From assembly GCA_963666205.1 (NCBI GenBank), contig OY762654.1, positions 416,001 through 480,000 on the forward strand: a stretch of DNA of 64,000 nt. The letters are read 5' to 3'. Below are positions 50,104 through 59,898 of this stretch, piece after piece. The notes below the pieces were generated by a model that saw only the letters and a program-made list of their open reading frames with translations, searched no databases and had not been told where the DNA came from. This DNA comes from Synergistales bacterium. Its GTDB lineage: Bacteria > Synergistota > Synergistia > Synergistales > JAFGMB01. A program made the translations under genes and the position numbers. The first letter of the stretch is position 1; each line of letters opens with the position of its first letter.

Positions 50104-50515
50104 AGATACTGATAGCCTTCAGGATTTCGACTTTCCCCTACCCCCTTCTTCGATTCCTTTATGGGCAACGGAAGAAGCGTCTCAATGGCATAGGCTGGAC
50201 CAATTCGATATTCTTATTAAAGCAGAGAATATGTGTAATAGAAGGATAGATATCGAATATGTGTGCATGAGCTCCAGATTATGGGGAATACATGTAGCAA
50301 AAGGACCGAGAGCCCTAATATATCTGAACAGCCTTCTCCCCCTTATATGGCAGCGCTTTGCCCTATTTCATGAGCTTTACCATCTGATAAAACATAAGAA
50401 AGGGGAAGCATTCTGGATGAGGACAGCCACACCCATGAACAGTTTTGAATATCAGGCTGACCTTTTTGCATGGGCAGCGATCTGGCCTGAATGGACCGAA
50501 GGTGACCTCTCTTGA
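50093..50515 (+). CDS. ImmA/IrrE family metallo-endopeptidase
   Basis: IYLN.....QRFALFHELYH (HEXXH) ... EYQADLFA; overlaps the XRE gene by 11 nt. Confidence 0.88.
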   Translation: MELRDTDSLQDFDFPLPPSSIPLWATEEASQWHRLDQFDILIKAENMCNRRIDIEYVCMSSRLWGIHVAKGPRALIYLNSLLPLIWQRFALFHELYHLIKHKKGEAFWMRTATPMNSFEYQADLFAWAAIWPEWTEGDLS

Positions 50516-51447
50516 AACGAATAGCTTTTTTTCTTTCCAACAGAAGCTGCCCTCACAGGTGTATATATTGTGACCAGAAGGCAATAACAGGTGAAATGCA
50601 CATCCCATCTCCCCTGGAAGTCACAGAGGTTTTGCAGAAATTCAGTGAACCAGTTGAGCTTTGCTTTTTTGGCGGTAGTTTCACCTGTTTTAAACTTGAG
50701 GATCAACGATCCTATCTTGATACAATTAAAAATGCTCCACAGGGAAGCAAAGTCAGATTTTCGACCCATCCTCTCTGCATTAATAAGGAAGTTCTTGACC
50801 TCCTGAATTATTACCCCATCTCCATGGTCGAACTGGGAGTATCAAGCCTGAATAATGAAGTTCTCACTTTCTGCAGGCGAGGCTATGATAATGAAAAGGT
50901 AATACATGCAATGAGAATGGTCATATCCAGAGGATTTGCTCTCGGTGCCCAATTGATGATAGGCCTACCCTTCCAGAACGAAGAAAGTTCACTTGAGGAT
51001 GTAGATAAGATATCAGAAATATCCGGCGAACATATAACAACCTTGAGGATATATCCCTGTCTGGTTCTCAGGAACACTTACCTTGAAGAGCTTTACATGA
51101 AGGGACTATACCGGCCACTGGAAATCGAAGAAGCAGCCGAATGGTCAGGGAAAATATTGTTCAGAGCCCTGAATAAAGATCTGAAAGTCCAAAGAATAGG
51201 ACTACAGGAAACTGAAAGTCTGAGCACATCTGTAATAGCAGGACCTCATCACCCTGCCCTTGGTGAAATGGCAAAATCACATTCCCTTGCTATAACTCTT
51301 ACATCTAGAATCAAACAAGGTCCATGGCAGATCGCCAGAAATCAGATCTCTCTAATTAAGGGACATGACTGCTATGGGCTCAAAATATTATCTTTAATGG
51401 CAGGGCTTGGAGAAGAACAGACTCTTCAACGGATAGAGTTTGTCTAG
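50512..51447 (+). CDS. Radical SAM protein (Elp3-like, no acetyltransferase domain)
   Basis: CPHRCIYCDQ..ITG (CxxxCxxC), FFGGSFT, RFSTHP, VELGV.S, QLMIGLP, LRIYP..V...T.L, RIGLQ, AGP.HPA. Confidence 0.85.
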   Translation: MKRIAFFLSNRSCPHRCIYCDQKAITGEMHIPSPLEVTEVLQKFSEPVELCFFGGSFTCFKLEDQRSYLDTIKNAPQGSKVRFSTHPLCINKEVLDLLNYYPISMVELGVSSLNNEVLTFCRRGYDNEKVIHAMRMVISRGFALGAQLMIGLPFQNEESSLEDVDKISEISGEHITTLRIYPCLVLRNTYLEELYMKGLYRPLEIEEAAEWSGKILFRALNKDLKVQRIGLQETESLSTSVIAGPHHPALGEMAKSHSLAITLTSRIKQGPWQIARNQISLIKGHDCYGLKILSLMAGLGEEQTLQRIEFV

Positions 51448-51579
51448 ATTTTACTGTATTTCCTCCAATCCGTTTCTTACTTTCAGAAATCAGGGAAATA
51501 GTAAATCATTGACTACTAATGATACATGTTCTAAACTTGGGTGCAGTTACTTATTGCCTTGTTCAGGAGGTGTTTGTAT

Positions 51580-52446
51580 ATGGAAGGAACTGAACTTCAG
51601 GCCCTTTTGAGGGCAAAGATAGAGGGTATGCCAAACAAGGCCAGGAGAGTTGTTGAATATCTTCTTTCACACTCCCGGGAGGCGGCCTTTCTCTCCATCG
51701 GAGAAGTTGCAGAGAACCTTAAGGTATCCAAGGCCCAGTTGGTAAGAGTTGCCAGGATGCTTGGTTTTAAAGGATATGCAGATCTGAAAGATGCACTGAA
51801 ATCTGCAGTGCTGGAGCAGGTTAATCCGGCTGCTGGCCTTGCTAAAACGATGAAAGAAAATAAAGATCTTCCCGAAACCATATATCGCATGGAACATGCG
51901 AATCTGGATGATACATGGAAACAAATAACTCCTGACAAAGTCACAAGGTTCTGCAGCATGATAAAGAAAGCAACAAATATATACTGTGTAGGATGGGGTA
52001 TTTCTGCAATGGTAGCTGAGTCTCTTTACACCAGGTTGATGGAACTTGGGCTTAAGGGGATTCTTGTAAAAAGAGGATCTGTTGCACTAATTGAACAGGC
52101 AAGGGCAATGAAACAGAATGACCTCGTTATTGTTTGCGAACTGCCCAGCTATGTAATAGAAGTGACAGAATCCATCAGCAAAGCTCACGAGAATGGCGCA
52201 TCCATAATAACATTTACGGACAGCCCCGCTGCTCCGGTATGTCAATATGCAGAGCTATCAATGTATGTAAGTGATAAGAGTCCCACCTTCGGGAGCAGTA
52301 TCCTCGGCCCATTGTTCCTTATTCACATCCTGACTTCTATTCTCGCTATTGACATGGGAGAACAGGCAAAAGCAGCACTGAAAGACCAGGCTGAGGGGCT
52401 ACATGATGAACGTGTATACTACCCCTCTTATGACCTGCGTTACTGA
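51580..52446 (+). CDS. MurR/RpiR family transcriptional regulator
   Basis: LSIGEVAE...VSKA..VR.AR.LGFKGY..LK HTH; SIS domain (IY.VG.G.S, ITFTDSP..P). Confidence 0.9.
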   Translation: MEGTELQALLRAKIEGMPNKARRVVEYLLSHSREAAFLSIGEVAENLKVSKAQLVRVARMLGFKGYADLKDALKSAVLEQVNPAAGLAKTMKENKDLPETIYRMEHANLDDTWKQITPDKVTRFCSMIKKATNIYCVGWGISAMVAESLYTRLMELGLKGILVKRGSVALIEQARAMKQNDLVIVCELPSYVIEVTESISKAHENGASIITFTDSPAAPVCQYAELSMYVSDKSPTFGSSILGPLFLIHILTSILAIDMGEQAKAALKDQAEGLHDERVYYPSYDLRY

Positions 52447-52458
52447 CCGTATAAGAAT

Positions 52459-53142
52459 TCAGACAACTATTTTTTCCCCAGGTTTCAGTATTAGAATATC
52501 AGAGTATTCTTGTGCAAGTTTTTTGAATTCTTCTGGATCACACTTTATTATATCGAATGTATTGTAGTGCATTGGTATGACCATGGCGGGTTTTATCATT
52601 TTCACAGCCCTTATGGCATCAGCTATATCCATTGTAAAATTCCCTCCTATGGGGATAAGCGCGACATCAACTTTGTCCTCTTCCAGAAGACGCATATCAT
52701 AAGTCAGTCCCGTATCGCCAGCATGGTAGATCTTTTTGCCATCCACTTCCAGAAGGAATCCGCCCGGATTCCCGCCAGGCATAAGCTTTCCTTCAACTTC
52801 CACATCTGAACCATGAATTGCGGGCGTCATTTTGACTCGGCCAAAGGGAAAAGAAAAGGTCCCACCCAAATGCATAGGGTGACAAACAAGTCCGCTTTTC
52901 TGAAACAGATTACATAGCTCATAATTAGCAACAATTGTTGCTCCTGTCTTCTTTGCCAGATAAGGGGTATCTCCAACATGATCTCCATGACCATGAGTTA
53001 CAAAAAGGAAATCTAGAACGTTAAAATCTTCAGGACTACAACATGCTGAAGGATTTCCAGTCAGGAAGGGATCTATAAGCGCTTTAATCCCTTTTCCTTC
53101 AATGTAAAAGGCCGAGTGCCCAAGATACTTGATTTGTACCAT
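52459..53142 (-). CDS. Metallo-beta-lactamase-fold metal-dependent hydrolase (UPF0173-like)
   Basis: YLGHSAF, IDPFLTGNP, THGHGDHVGD, IYHAGDTG, IPIGGNFTM, IPMHYNTF. Confidence 0.9.
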   Translation of the reverse strand: MVQIKYLGHSAFYIEGKGIKALIDPFLTGNPSACCSPEDFNVLDFLFVTHGHGDHVGDTPYLAKKTGATIVANYELCNLFQKSGLVCHPMHLGGTFSFPFGRVKMTPAIHGSDVEVEGKLMPGGNPGGFLLEVDGKKIYHAGDTGLTYDMRLLEEDKVDVALIPIGGNFTMDIADAIRAVKMIKPAMVIPMHYNTFDIIKCDPEEFKKLAQEYSDILILKPGEKIVV

Positions 53143-53216
53143 AGTAAACTCCCCTTTCTACTTTCTCGAATTGATATTTTCATTTTACACTATTATGTTT
53201 ATCTCTTTAATACAAC

Positions 53217-53241
53217 AATGGGCGACCACAGGTCGCCCATT
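53217..53241 (-). terminator. Hairpin after aspS
   Basis: AATGGGCGACC-ACA-GGTCGCCCATT. Confidence 0.65.
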
Positions 53242-53277
53242 AGAATATCCTGACATTTTACTGAAAAGGGTATTTCT

Positions 53278-55080
53278 TCAGTCCTTTTCCGTGACCTCGA
53301 TATTGAGCTCTTCCAACTGGTTTTCGCTTACGGAAGAAGGTGCTGATGACATCAGACACTGAGCCTTGGCCGTTTTAGGAAAAGCTATAACATCTCTTAT
53401 AGAGGTGGAATTACTCAAAAGCATGGCAATTCGGTCAACACCCAGGGCTATACCACCATGAGGAGGAGTTCCGGATGCCAATGCCTCAATAAGAAAACCA
53501 AAACGGTTCATCGCTTCCTCCCGTGAAAAGGCAAGACATTTGAATACATTTTCCTGGACTCTGGGATCATGTATTCTGATAGAGCCTCCGCCAATCTCAT
53601 TACCATTGAGGACAAGGTCATATGCTCTTGAGCGGGCTCTGCCAGGTGCAGTTTCTAAAAGGCTAAGATCCTCTGGAAGGGGGGATGTAAATGGATGATG
53701 TACAGATGTCCATCTTCCCTCCTCTTCATCCCATTCAAAGAGAGGAAATTCTACCACCCATAGAAATTCCCAACTGTCTTTCTCAACCAAACCGTGTTCT
53801 TTTGCAAGTTCAAGTCTGAGCTGACCGAGAACATTACAAACCTTGGACCAGTCAGGGTCAGACATAACAAAAAGAGCATCACCATTATCCATACCACATT
53901 TCCGGATAAGTGCTTCTTTTCTGGAATCATCAAGAAATTTTACCAGAGGCCCTTTCAGTTCAAGCTCCTTAAGCTGAAAAGCAGTCAATCCTCCTGCTCC
54001 AAGAGCTTTAGCCCTTTCCTCTATCAGGGAAAGCCCCTTTCTGGACAAGGCAGATCCTCCTTTGAGTCGAATCCCCCTCACAAAACCACCCTTATCAAGA
54101 TTTTCCCTGAATGGGGCAAATGTGCACCCGGAAAAGATTTCTTTCAGATCCACTATTTCAAAAGGGATCCTCAGATCTGGTTTATCACTTCCATATCTAT
54201 CCATGGCTTCAGTGAATGGGATACGTTTGAAGGGACCTGGTATATTGACATCTAGAACATCTTTGAAAAGACCCTGGATGTATTCCTCCAACAGTTCAAA
54301 AATATCTTCCTCGGTTATGAAACTCATCTCCATATCGATCTGGGTAAATTCAGGCTGTCTGTCAGCTCTAAGATCTTCATCCCTGAAACATTTAACGATT
54401 TGATAATACCTGTCAAAACCGCTGATCATAAGTATCTGTTTGAATATTTGGGGAGACTGGGGAAGAGCATAGAAATTGCCCGGGTTCACCCTGCTGGGAA
54501 CGAGATAATCTCTGGCTCCTTCAGGTGTTGATTTGGTAAGGAATGGAGTTTCTATATCAATAAAACCTTTGGAATCAAGAAATTTCCTTGTAAACATGTT
54601 AAGTTGATATCTTGTCCTCAGATTTCTCTGCATCTTTTCTCGTCTGAGATCCAGATACCTATACTTCAGTCGAAGGTTTTCGTCTACCTTATCAGTAGAT
54701 CCTGACAATTCGAAAGGAAGTGGAGAAGCAGGAGACAGGAGAAGAAGATCATTGGCACAGATTTCCCATAGTCCTGTCTTCATTGATGGATTATCTGTTC
54801 CAGAAGGTCTTTTCCTCACAGTTCCCTTAACAGCAACAACAAATTCGCTTCTGAGTTCTTTGGCAATTTCATGTACACTGGGTACATCTTCCGGATTTAT
54901 TACTACCTGAACAATGGAAGTGTAATCCCAGAGTTCAAGGAATATAATCCCTCCCAGGTCCCTCCTTTTACGGATCCACCCGTTGAGGACTACTTCTTTT
55001 CCTTCTTGTTCACCTGAAACCATTCCACAATAAACACTTCTTTTCCAGGATTTATCAAAAACAGCACTTCTGGACTCCAT
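53278..55080 (-). CDS. aspS: Aspartate--tRNA ligase
   Basis: RRDLGG, LRLKYRYLDLRR, STPEGARDYLVPSR, FRDEDLRADRQPEFTQID, HHPFT, PPHGG.A.G.DR. Confidence 0.98.
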   Translation of the reverse strand: MESRSAVFDKSWKRSVYCGMVSGEQEGKEVVLNGWIRKRRDLGGIIFLELWDYTSIVQVVINPEDVPSVHEIAKELRSEFVVAVKGTVRKRPSGTDNPSMKTGLWEICANDLLLLSPASPLPFELSGSTDKVDENLRLKYRYLDLRREKMQRNLRTRYQLNMFTRKFLDSKGFIDIETPFLTKSTPEGARDYLVPSRVNPGNFYALPQSPQIFKQILMISGFDRYYQIVKCFRDEDLRADRQPEFTQIDMEMSFITEEDIFELLEEYIQGLFKDVLDVNIPGPFKRIPFTEAMDRYGSDKPDLRIPFEIVDLKEIFSGCTFAPFRENLDKGGFVRGIRLKGGSALSRKGLSLIEERAKALGAGGLTAFQLKELELKGPLVKFLDDSRKEALIRKCGMDNGDALFVMSDPDWSKVCNVLGQLRLELAKEHGLVEKDSWEFLWVVEFPLFEWDEEEGRWTSVHHPFTSPLPEDLSLLETAPGRARSRAYDLVLNGNEIGGGSIRIHDPRVQENVFKCLAFSREEAMNRFGFLIEALASGTPPHGGIALGVDRIAMLLSNSTSIRDVIAFPKTAKAQCLMSSAPSSVSENQLEELNIEVTEKD

Positions 55081-55109
55081 ATAAATAACCTCCAAAACAG
55101 TATCACAAA

Positions 55110-56372
55110 TTAAATATTTTGTTTTATAAAAGATACTACTTCAGTTCTTGCTATTTCTGCCTGTTCATTTCTGTCAAGATTCTTTACAGTAATTACACCT
55201 CGGGAAAGTTCATGCCCACCGACTATACATACATGCGAAGCCGCCTTGTTAAGGGCAGATTTGAACTGGGCTTTCATTCCCCTGCACATAAAGTCCATAT
55301 CTGCTTTTATACCAGCTGCTCTCAACTCTGAAACAAGAGACATTACTTCGATATCCACATCTTTTTCTGCAGCAACCACGTAGACATCAATATGTGGTTC
55401 TTCTCCAAAATTACAGTTCTGCTGCTCCATGATAAGTACTATTCTTTCCAGACCAGCCGCAAATCCAACACCAGGAAGATCTGGTCCGCCAATGGCTTCT
55501 GACAGGTTATCATATCGCCCTCCGCCACAAACAGCATTCTGAGCTCCAAGTTCTCCGGACAGGATTTCAAAGGCGGTTTTAGTATAATAATCAAGACCTC
55601 TTACAAGACGTTTATCCATCTGATAATGTATACCCAGAGAAGAAAGGCCTTTGAGAACCATGTCAAAATGATCCTTGCATTCTCCACAAAGACTGGAATA
55701 TATATCTGGAGCTTCTTCTGTTATCTCTCTGCAATTCTCGTTTTTGCAGTCAAGTATCCGCAATGGATTCCTATCAAGTCTACTCTGACATGTAGGACAC
55801 AGGTCATTAAACCTGTTCTGAAAATAGTTCTTTAAAGTATCACGATACTGAGGTCTGCAGGCTGGACACCCCACAGAATTGATCACGACATCAAGATTAG
55901 ACAACCCCAGGCTATTGAAAAGGTCAAGGGCTATACTGATCACCTCCACATCCACCATAGGACTGGATGTACCCAGAGCTTCAAAGTCTATTTGCCAGAA
56001 CTGCCTGTATCGACCTTTCTGGGGTCTTTCGTATCGGAACATAGGTCCTGCACACCAGAGTTTAGCTGGCTGAATTCCATTTTGCATTTTATTCTGAAGG
56101 TAGGCTCTAACCATCGATGCTGTCGCCTCAGGCCGCAGTGTAAGACTCCTTCCGCCTCTATCTGTAAATGTATACATCTCTTTTTCCACTACATCTGTGG
56201 TTTCACCTATACCTCTGGAAAACAGCTCTGTATGTTCAAAGATAGGCAAATGTATTTCGCTATATCCGAAATTACCTGCAATTTCCATGGTTTTATTGAG
56301 AACAAAAGCCCACTTCCATGACTCATCCGGAAGTATATCCCTTACTCCTCTGGGAGCTTTAATCGCTGACAT
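55110..56372 (-). CDS. hisS: Histidine--tRNA ligase
   Basis: APRGVRDILP, TDVVEKEMY.F.D, LRPEATA, FRYERPQKGRYRQF, LVRGLDYY, GGGRYD, GFAAGLER. Confidence 0.98.
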   Translation of the reverse strand: MSAIKAPRGVRDILPDESWKWAFVLNKTMEIAGNFGYSEIHLPIFEHTELFSRGIGETTDVVEKEMYTFTDRGGRSLTLRPEATASMVRAYLQNKMQNGIQPAKLWCAGPMFRYERPQKGRYRQFWQIDFEALGTSSPMVDVEVISIALDLFNSLGLSNLDVVINSVGCPACRPQYRDTLKNYFQNRFNDLCPTCQSRLDRNPLRILDCKNENCREITEEAPDIYSSLCGECKDHFDMVLKGLSSLGIHYQMDKRLVRGLDYYTKTAFEILSGELGAQNAVCGGGRYDNLSEAIGGPDLPGVGFAAGLERIVLIMEQQNCNFGEEPHIDVYVVAAEKDVDIEVMSLVSELRAAGIKADMDFMCRGMKAQFKSALNKAASHVCIVGGHELSRGVITVKNLDRNEQAEIARTEVVSFIKQNI

Positions 56373-56512
56373 AACAAACCCTCCTGTTTGTAACTGTAAA
56401 AAATAGACCTTCTGCATAAAATATTTTATATTAAGAATGCAATTATACTCTACCATAATTACTATATCCATATAGATTTTCTTATCAGACTAACCAGGAA
56501 AAATCAGAAATG

Positions 56513-56554
56513 AAAAAGAAAGGAGCGTGACCTCAAACAAGGGTCACGCTCCTT
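56513..56554 (-). terminator. Terminator after the downstream spoVS copy
   Basis: AAGGAGCGTGACC...GGTCACGCTCCTT plus U-rich tail. Confidence 0.8.
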
Positions 56555-56575
56555 CAATCAACGGAATTACAAATA

Positions 56576-56836
56576 TTATCTTGATTCAAGCTGAAACTTG
56601 ATAGCTGTCCTTTCCTCTCCATCTATCTCGATCTTCTCAAAGGATGGAATGCAAACAAGCTCTATTCCATTCGGCGCAACATAGCCGCTTGCTACTGCGA
56701 TAGATTTGACTGACTGATTAACTGCTCCCGCTCCTACGGCCTGAACTTCAACTGCACCTTTTTCCCTGAGAACGGCAGCGATAGCCCCTGCAACAGATTT
56801 GGGTTGAGATTTTGCAGAAACCTTGAGAACTTCCAT
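56576..56836 (-). CDS. spoVS: SpoVS family protein (copy A)
   Basis: MEVLKVSA.S.P.SVAGA.A, QAVGAGAVNQ.VK, GEERTAI. Confidence 0.93.
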   Translation of the reverse strand: MEVLKVSAKSQPKSVAGAIAAVLREKGAVEVQAVGAGAVNQSVKSIAVASGYVAPNGIELVCIPSFEKIEIDGEERTAIKFQLESR

Positions 56837-57063
56837 GAAATACGGCCCCCTTAGAATAATGTAAATTCAACTGTCCCAGCTTATTCTCGTCTCAAAGTAC
56901 GAGCCCCCCGACTTCATTCTACTAGTATATCTCTACAATTAAGTTTTGTGCAAGTATTCACCATATTGAGATCTAAACATCAAGAAAATATCCAGATAGA
57001 TATCTCTAATCATGGATATTCACAATGTTCTTGAATTTTTTCCGGAGAGGAACTTCAACACAA

Positions 57064-57099
57064 TAAAGAGGGCATTTGCCCTGAAGGTTCATGCCCTCT
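57064..57099 (-). terminator. Hairpin between the two spoVS copies
   Basis: AGAGGGCAT...ATGCCCTCT. Confidence 0.55.
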
Positions 57100-57113
57100 A
57101 ATTCATATTTGGA

Positions 57114-57374
57114 TCACCTTGGTTGAAGGAGAAATCTTATTGCCGTTCTTTCTTCGCCATCGATCTCGATCTTTGCAAAAGCCGGAATACAAATAAGGTC
57201 TATTCCATTCGGTGCAACATAACCTCGGGCAACAGCTATAGCTTTGACTGTCTGATTAACTGCTCCGGCTCCTACGGCCTGAACTTCAACTGCTCCATCT
57301 TCTCGTAAAACTGCCGCCATCGCTCCTGCAACAGACTTTGGCTGAGAATCAGCAGAAACCTTAAGAACTTCCAT
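57114..57374 (-). CDS. spoVS: SpoVS family protein (copy B)
   Basis: Same motifs as copy A; GGAGG RBS before ATG 57374. Confidence 0.93.
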   Translation of the reverse strand: MEVLKVSADSQPKSVAGAMAAVLREDGAVEVQAVGAGAVNQTVKAIAVARGYVAPNGIDLICIPAFAKIEIDGEERTAIRFLLQPR

Positions 57375-57742
57375 TAGGACAACCTCCCCCATCTTATTAA
57401 CCACTTTGATTTACGAGGTATATCATGACAAGAGTTATTGAATTATTTTAAAGTTTACATCTTTAATTGATTATTTGCAATACGTCTACTAGGTAGCGAT
57501 TCCTTGTTGTGCCGTGCTGAAGCGGGATTGCAAATAGAACTCGTTTCATTCTTCATAATTACAATCCAAGGCAACCTATCCCCAGATTGAAACCTTTTAC
57601 ACTTGGAAGTATTAAGAAAAGGGAAGGGTCAGCGTTTTTAAGAATTGGATGCCAATATAGTGTAGAATTAGTGGCACTTCAACAGGAAACTCTTTCGGGC
57701 AACACTTGGAAATTGTTTTTTGGAATAAGCAGGAGGTCTAGC

Positions 57743-59898
57743 ATGAACTCAAAATATGCTCCAGTGATAGCAAAGATTTTAGAAATAAAAACTAATCAGG
57801 TCATCCAGACTACCAACCTTCTCTCTGAAGGATGTACAGTTCCTTTTATTGCACGCTATAGAAAAGAGGCTACAGGGACCCTTGATGAAGTTGCTATTGC
57901 TGAAATAAGGAACCTTCTCAATCAAATGACAGAACTGGATAAAAGACGTAATACTATTCTCAGTTCGCTTAAAGAAAGAGAACTTCTTACTCCTGAATTG
58001 GAAAGAATTCTTAACTCCGCCATTACCATGTCACAATTGGAGGATATTTACCTTCCCTACAGGCCTAAAAAAAGGACCAGGGCTTCTATCGCAAGAGAAA
58101 AAGGACTTGCCCCTCTTGCGGAAAAGATCTTTCTTCAACAAGCATGTGATCCGGAACAAGAAGCAAAGGCTTATCTCGAGACTGACGAGGGAATAATTAC
58201 GATTACTGAAGCTCTTTCCGGAGCATCGGATATTATTGCAGAAAAGATCAGCGAGACCAGAGAGGCCAGATCTAAAATGAGGTTACTTTTTGCAACAAGA
58301 GGTCAGGTTTCGTCAAGATCGGTTAAAGGTAAAGAAGAAGATGGGGCTAAATACCGTGATTATTTTAATTATTCCGAACCAGCCCGAAATTGTCCTTCCC
58401 ACAGAATACTGGCAATGCTACGAGGTGAAAAGGAAGGTTATCTTAATCTTTCATTCCTACCCCGTGATGAGGAAGCAATTCAAAGGCTGGAGTACCTGTT
58501 TATCCACGGAACCGGAAAAGACTCCGAATTTGTCCTGAATGCATTAAAGGATGGCTATAAGAGGCTGTTGGCCCCCTCTATGGGAACTGAGCTGAAAAGT
58601 GCATTGAAACACCTGGCAGATAAAAAGGCAATTGAGGTATTCGCGAATAACGTACGTGAGATCCTTATGGCACCGGCTCTAGGTAAAAAAAGAGTTCTTG
58701 CTTTAGATCCAGGTTTCAGGACGGGCTGTAAGATTGTATGTCTGGGAACCGAGGGCCAGCTACTACATAATGAGACTATTTATCCCCATCCACCACAACT
58801 CCAGACCAAGAAAGCAGCAGATATCGTCCGAAATCTTCTCAAGGATTTTCAGATCGAAGCAATAGCCATAGGAAATGGAACAGCAGGAAGAGAAACCAGA
58901 TCATTCATTGATTCTCTTGAACTACCTGAAGAGATAATCATTGCTATGGTAAATGAAAGCGGAGCCTCCGTTTATTCTGCCTCAAAGATAGCCAGAGAAG
59001 AATTTCCTGATGAAGATGTGACCGTAAGAGGTTCAGTATCAATAGGACGACGACTTCTTGACCCTCTTGCTGAACTTGTAAAGGTTGATCCTAAAGCAAT
59101 AGGAGTAGGTCAATACCAGCATGATGTAGATCAGAAACTTCTGAAACAGAGTCTGGACGATGTTGTAGTGGAATGTGTCAATCGGGTGGGCGTTGACATT
59201 AACACCGCAAGTAAAGAACTTTTATCATACATTTCAGGCCTTGGCCCTCAACTTGCACAAAACATAATAAACTTCAGAGAAACTCATGGAGTCTTCAAAT
59301 CACGGATGGATCTGAAAAAGGTCCCAAGACTTGGGCCCAAGGCTTTTCAACAAGCTGCAGGATTTCTGAGGATCAGGGGAGGAGAAAATCCACTTGATGC
59401 AAGTTCAGTTCATCCTGAAAACTATACTATTGTAACAAGGATCGCAGATGATACCGGTTATTCAGTTATTGAACTAGCTGGAAGACAGGATCTGAAAGAA
59501 TCCCTTGATCTTGAAAAATACATGACACCTGAAGTAGGGTTACCCACACTGCTTGACATCCTGGAAGAACTGGCCAAACCTGGGAAAGACCCCAGAAAGA
59601 ATTTCGATCTTTTTACTTATCTGAAGAAGTCAGAAAAATCGAAGACCTTAAAGCAGGAATGATCCTTCCGGGTGTTGTTTCGAATGTAACTGCTTTCGGA
59701 GCTTTTATTGATATTGGTGTACATCAGGATGGCCTGGTCCATATAAGTGAAATTAGTAGTTCCTTTGTCAAAGATCCATCCCTTGTTGTAAGACCTTCCC
59801 AGAAAGTAACTGTAAGAGTACTGGATGTAGACATGGAACGTAATAGGATCTCTCTATCAATGAAAGACATACAACGAGATAAGGAGGACCTGCAATGA
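57743..59898 (+). pseudogene. tex: Tex-family RNA-binding transcription accessory protein, split by a 1-nt frameshift near 59610-59621
   Basis: TVPFIARYRKEATG, LALDPGFRTGCK, NESGASVYSAS, IGVGQYQHDV; the frame switches to SEEVRKIEDLKAGMILPGVVSNVTAFGAFIDIGVHQDGLVH (S1 domain). Confidence 0.8.

Noticed and set aside
49735-50515. Prophage or ICE at the XRE/ImmA pair
   Set aside because: No integrase, structural or conjugation genes, and I noticed no duplicated tRNA 3' ends or compositional break.
54800-55000. Classifying AspRS as discriminating or non-discriminating
   Set aside because: Signature positions are mixed (RRDLGG with RPSG); undecidable without gatCAB/asnS context.
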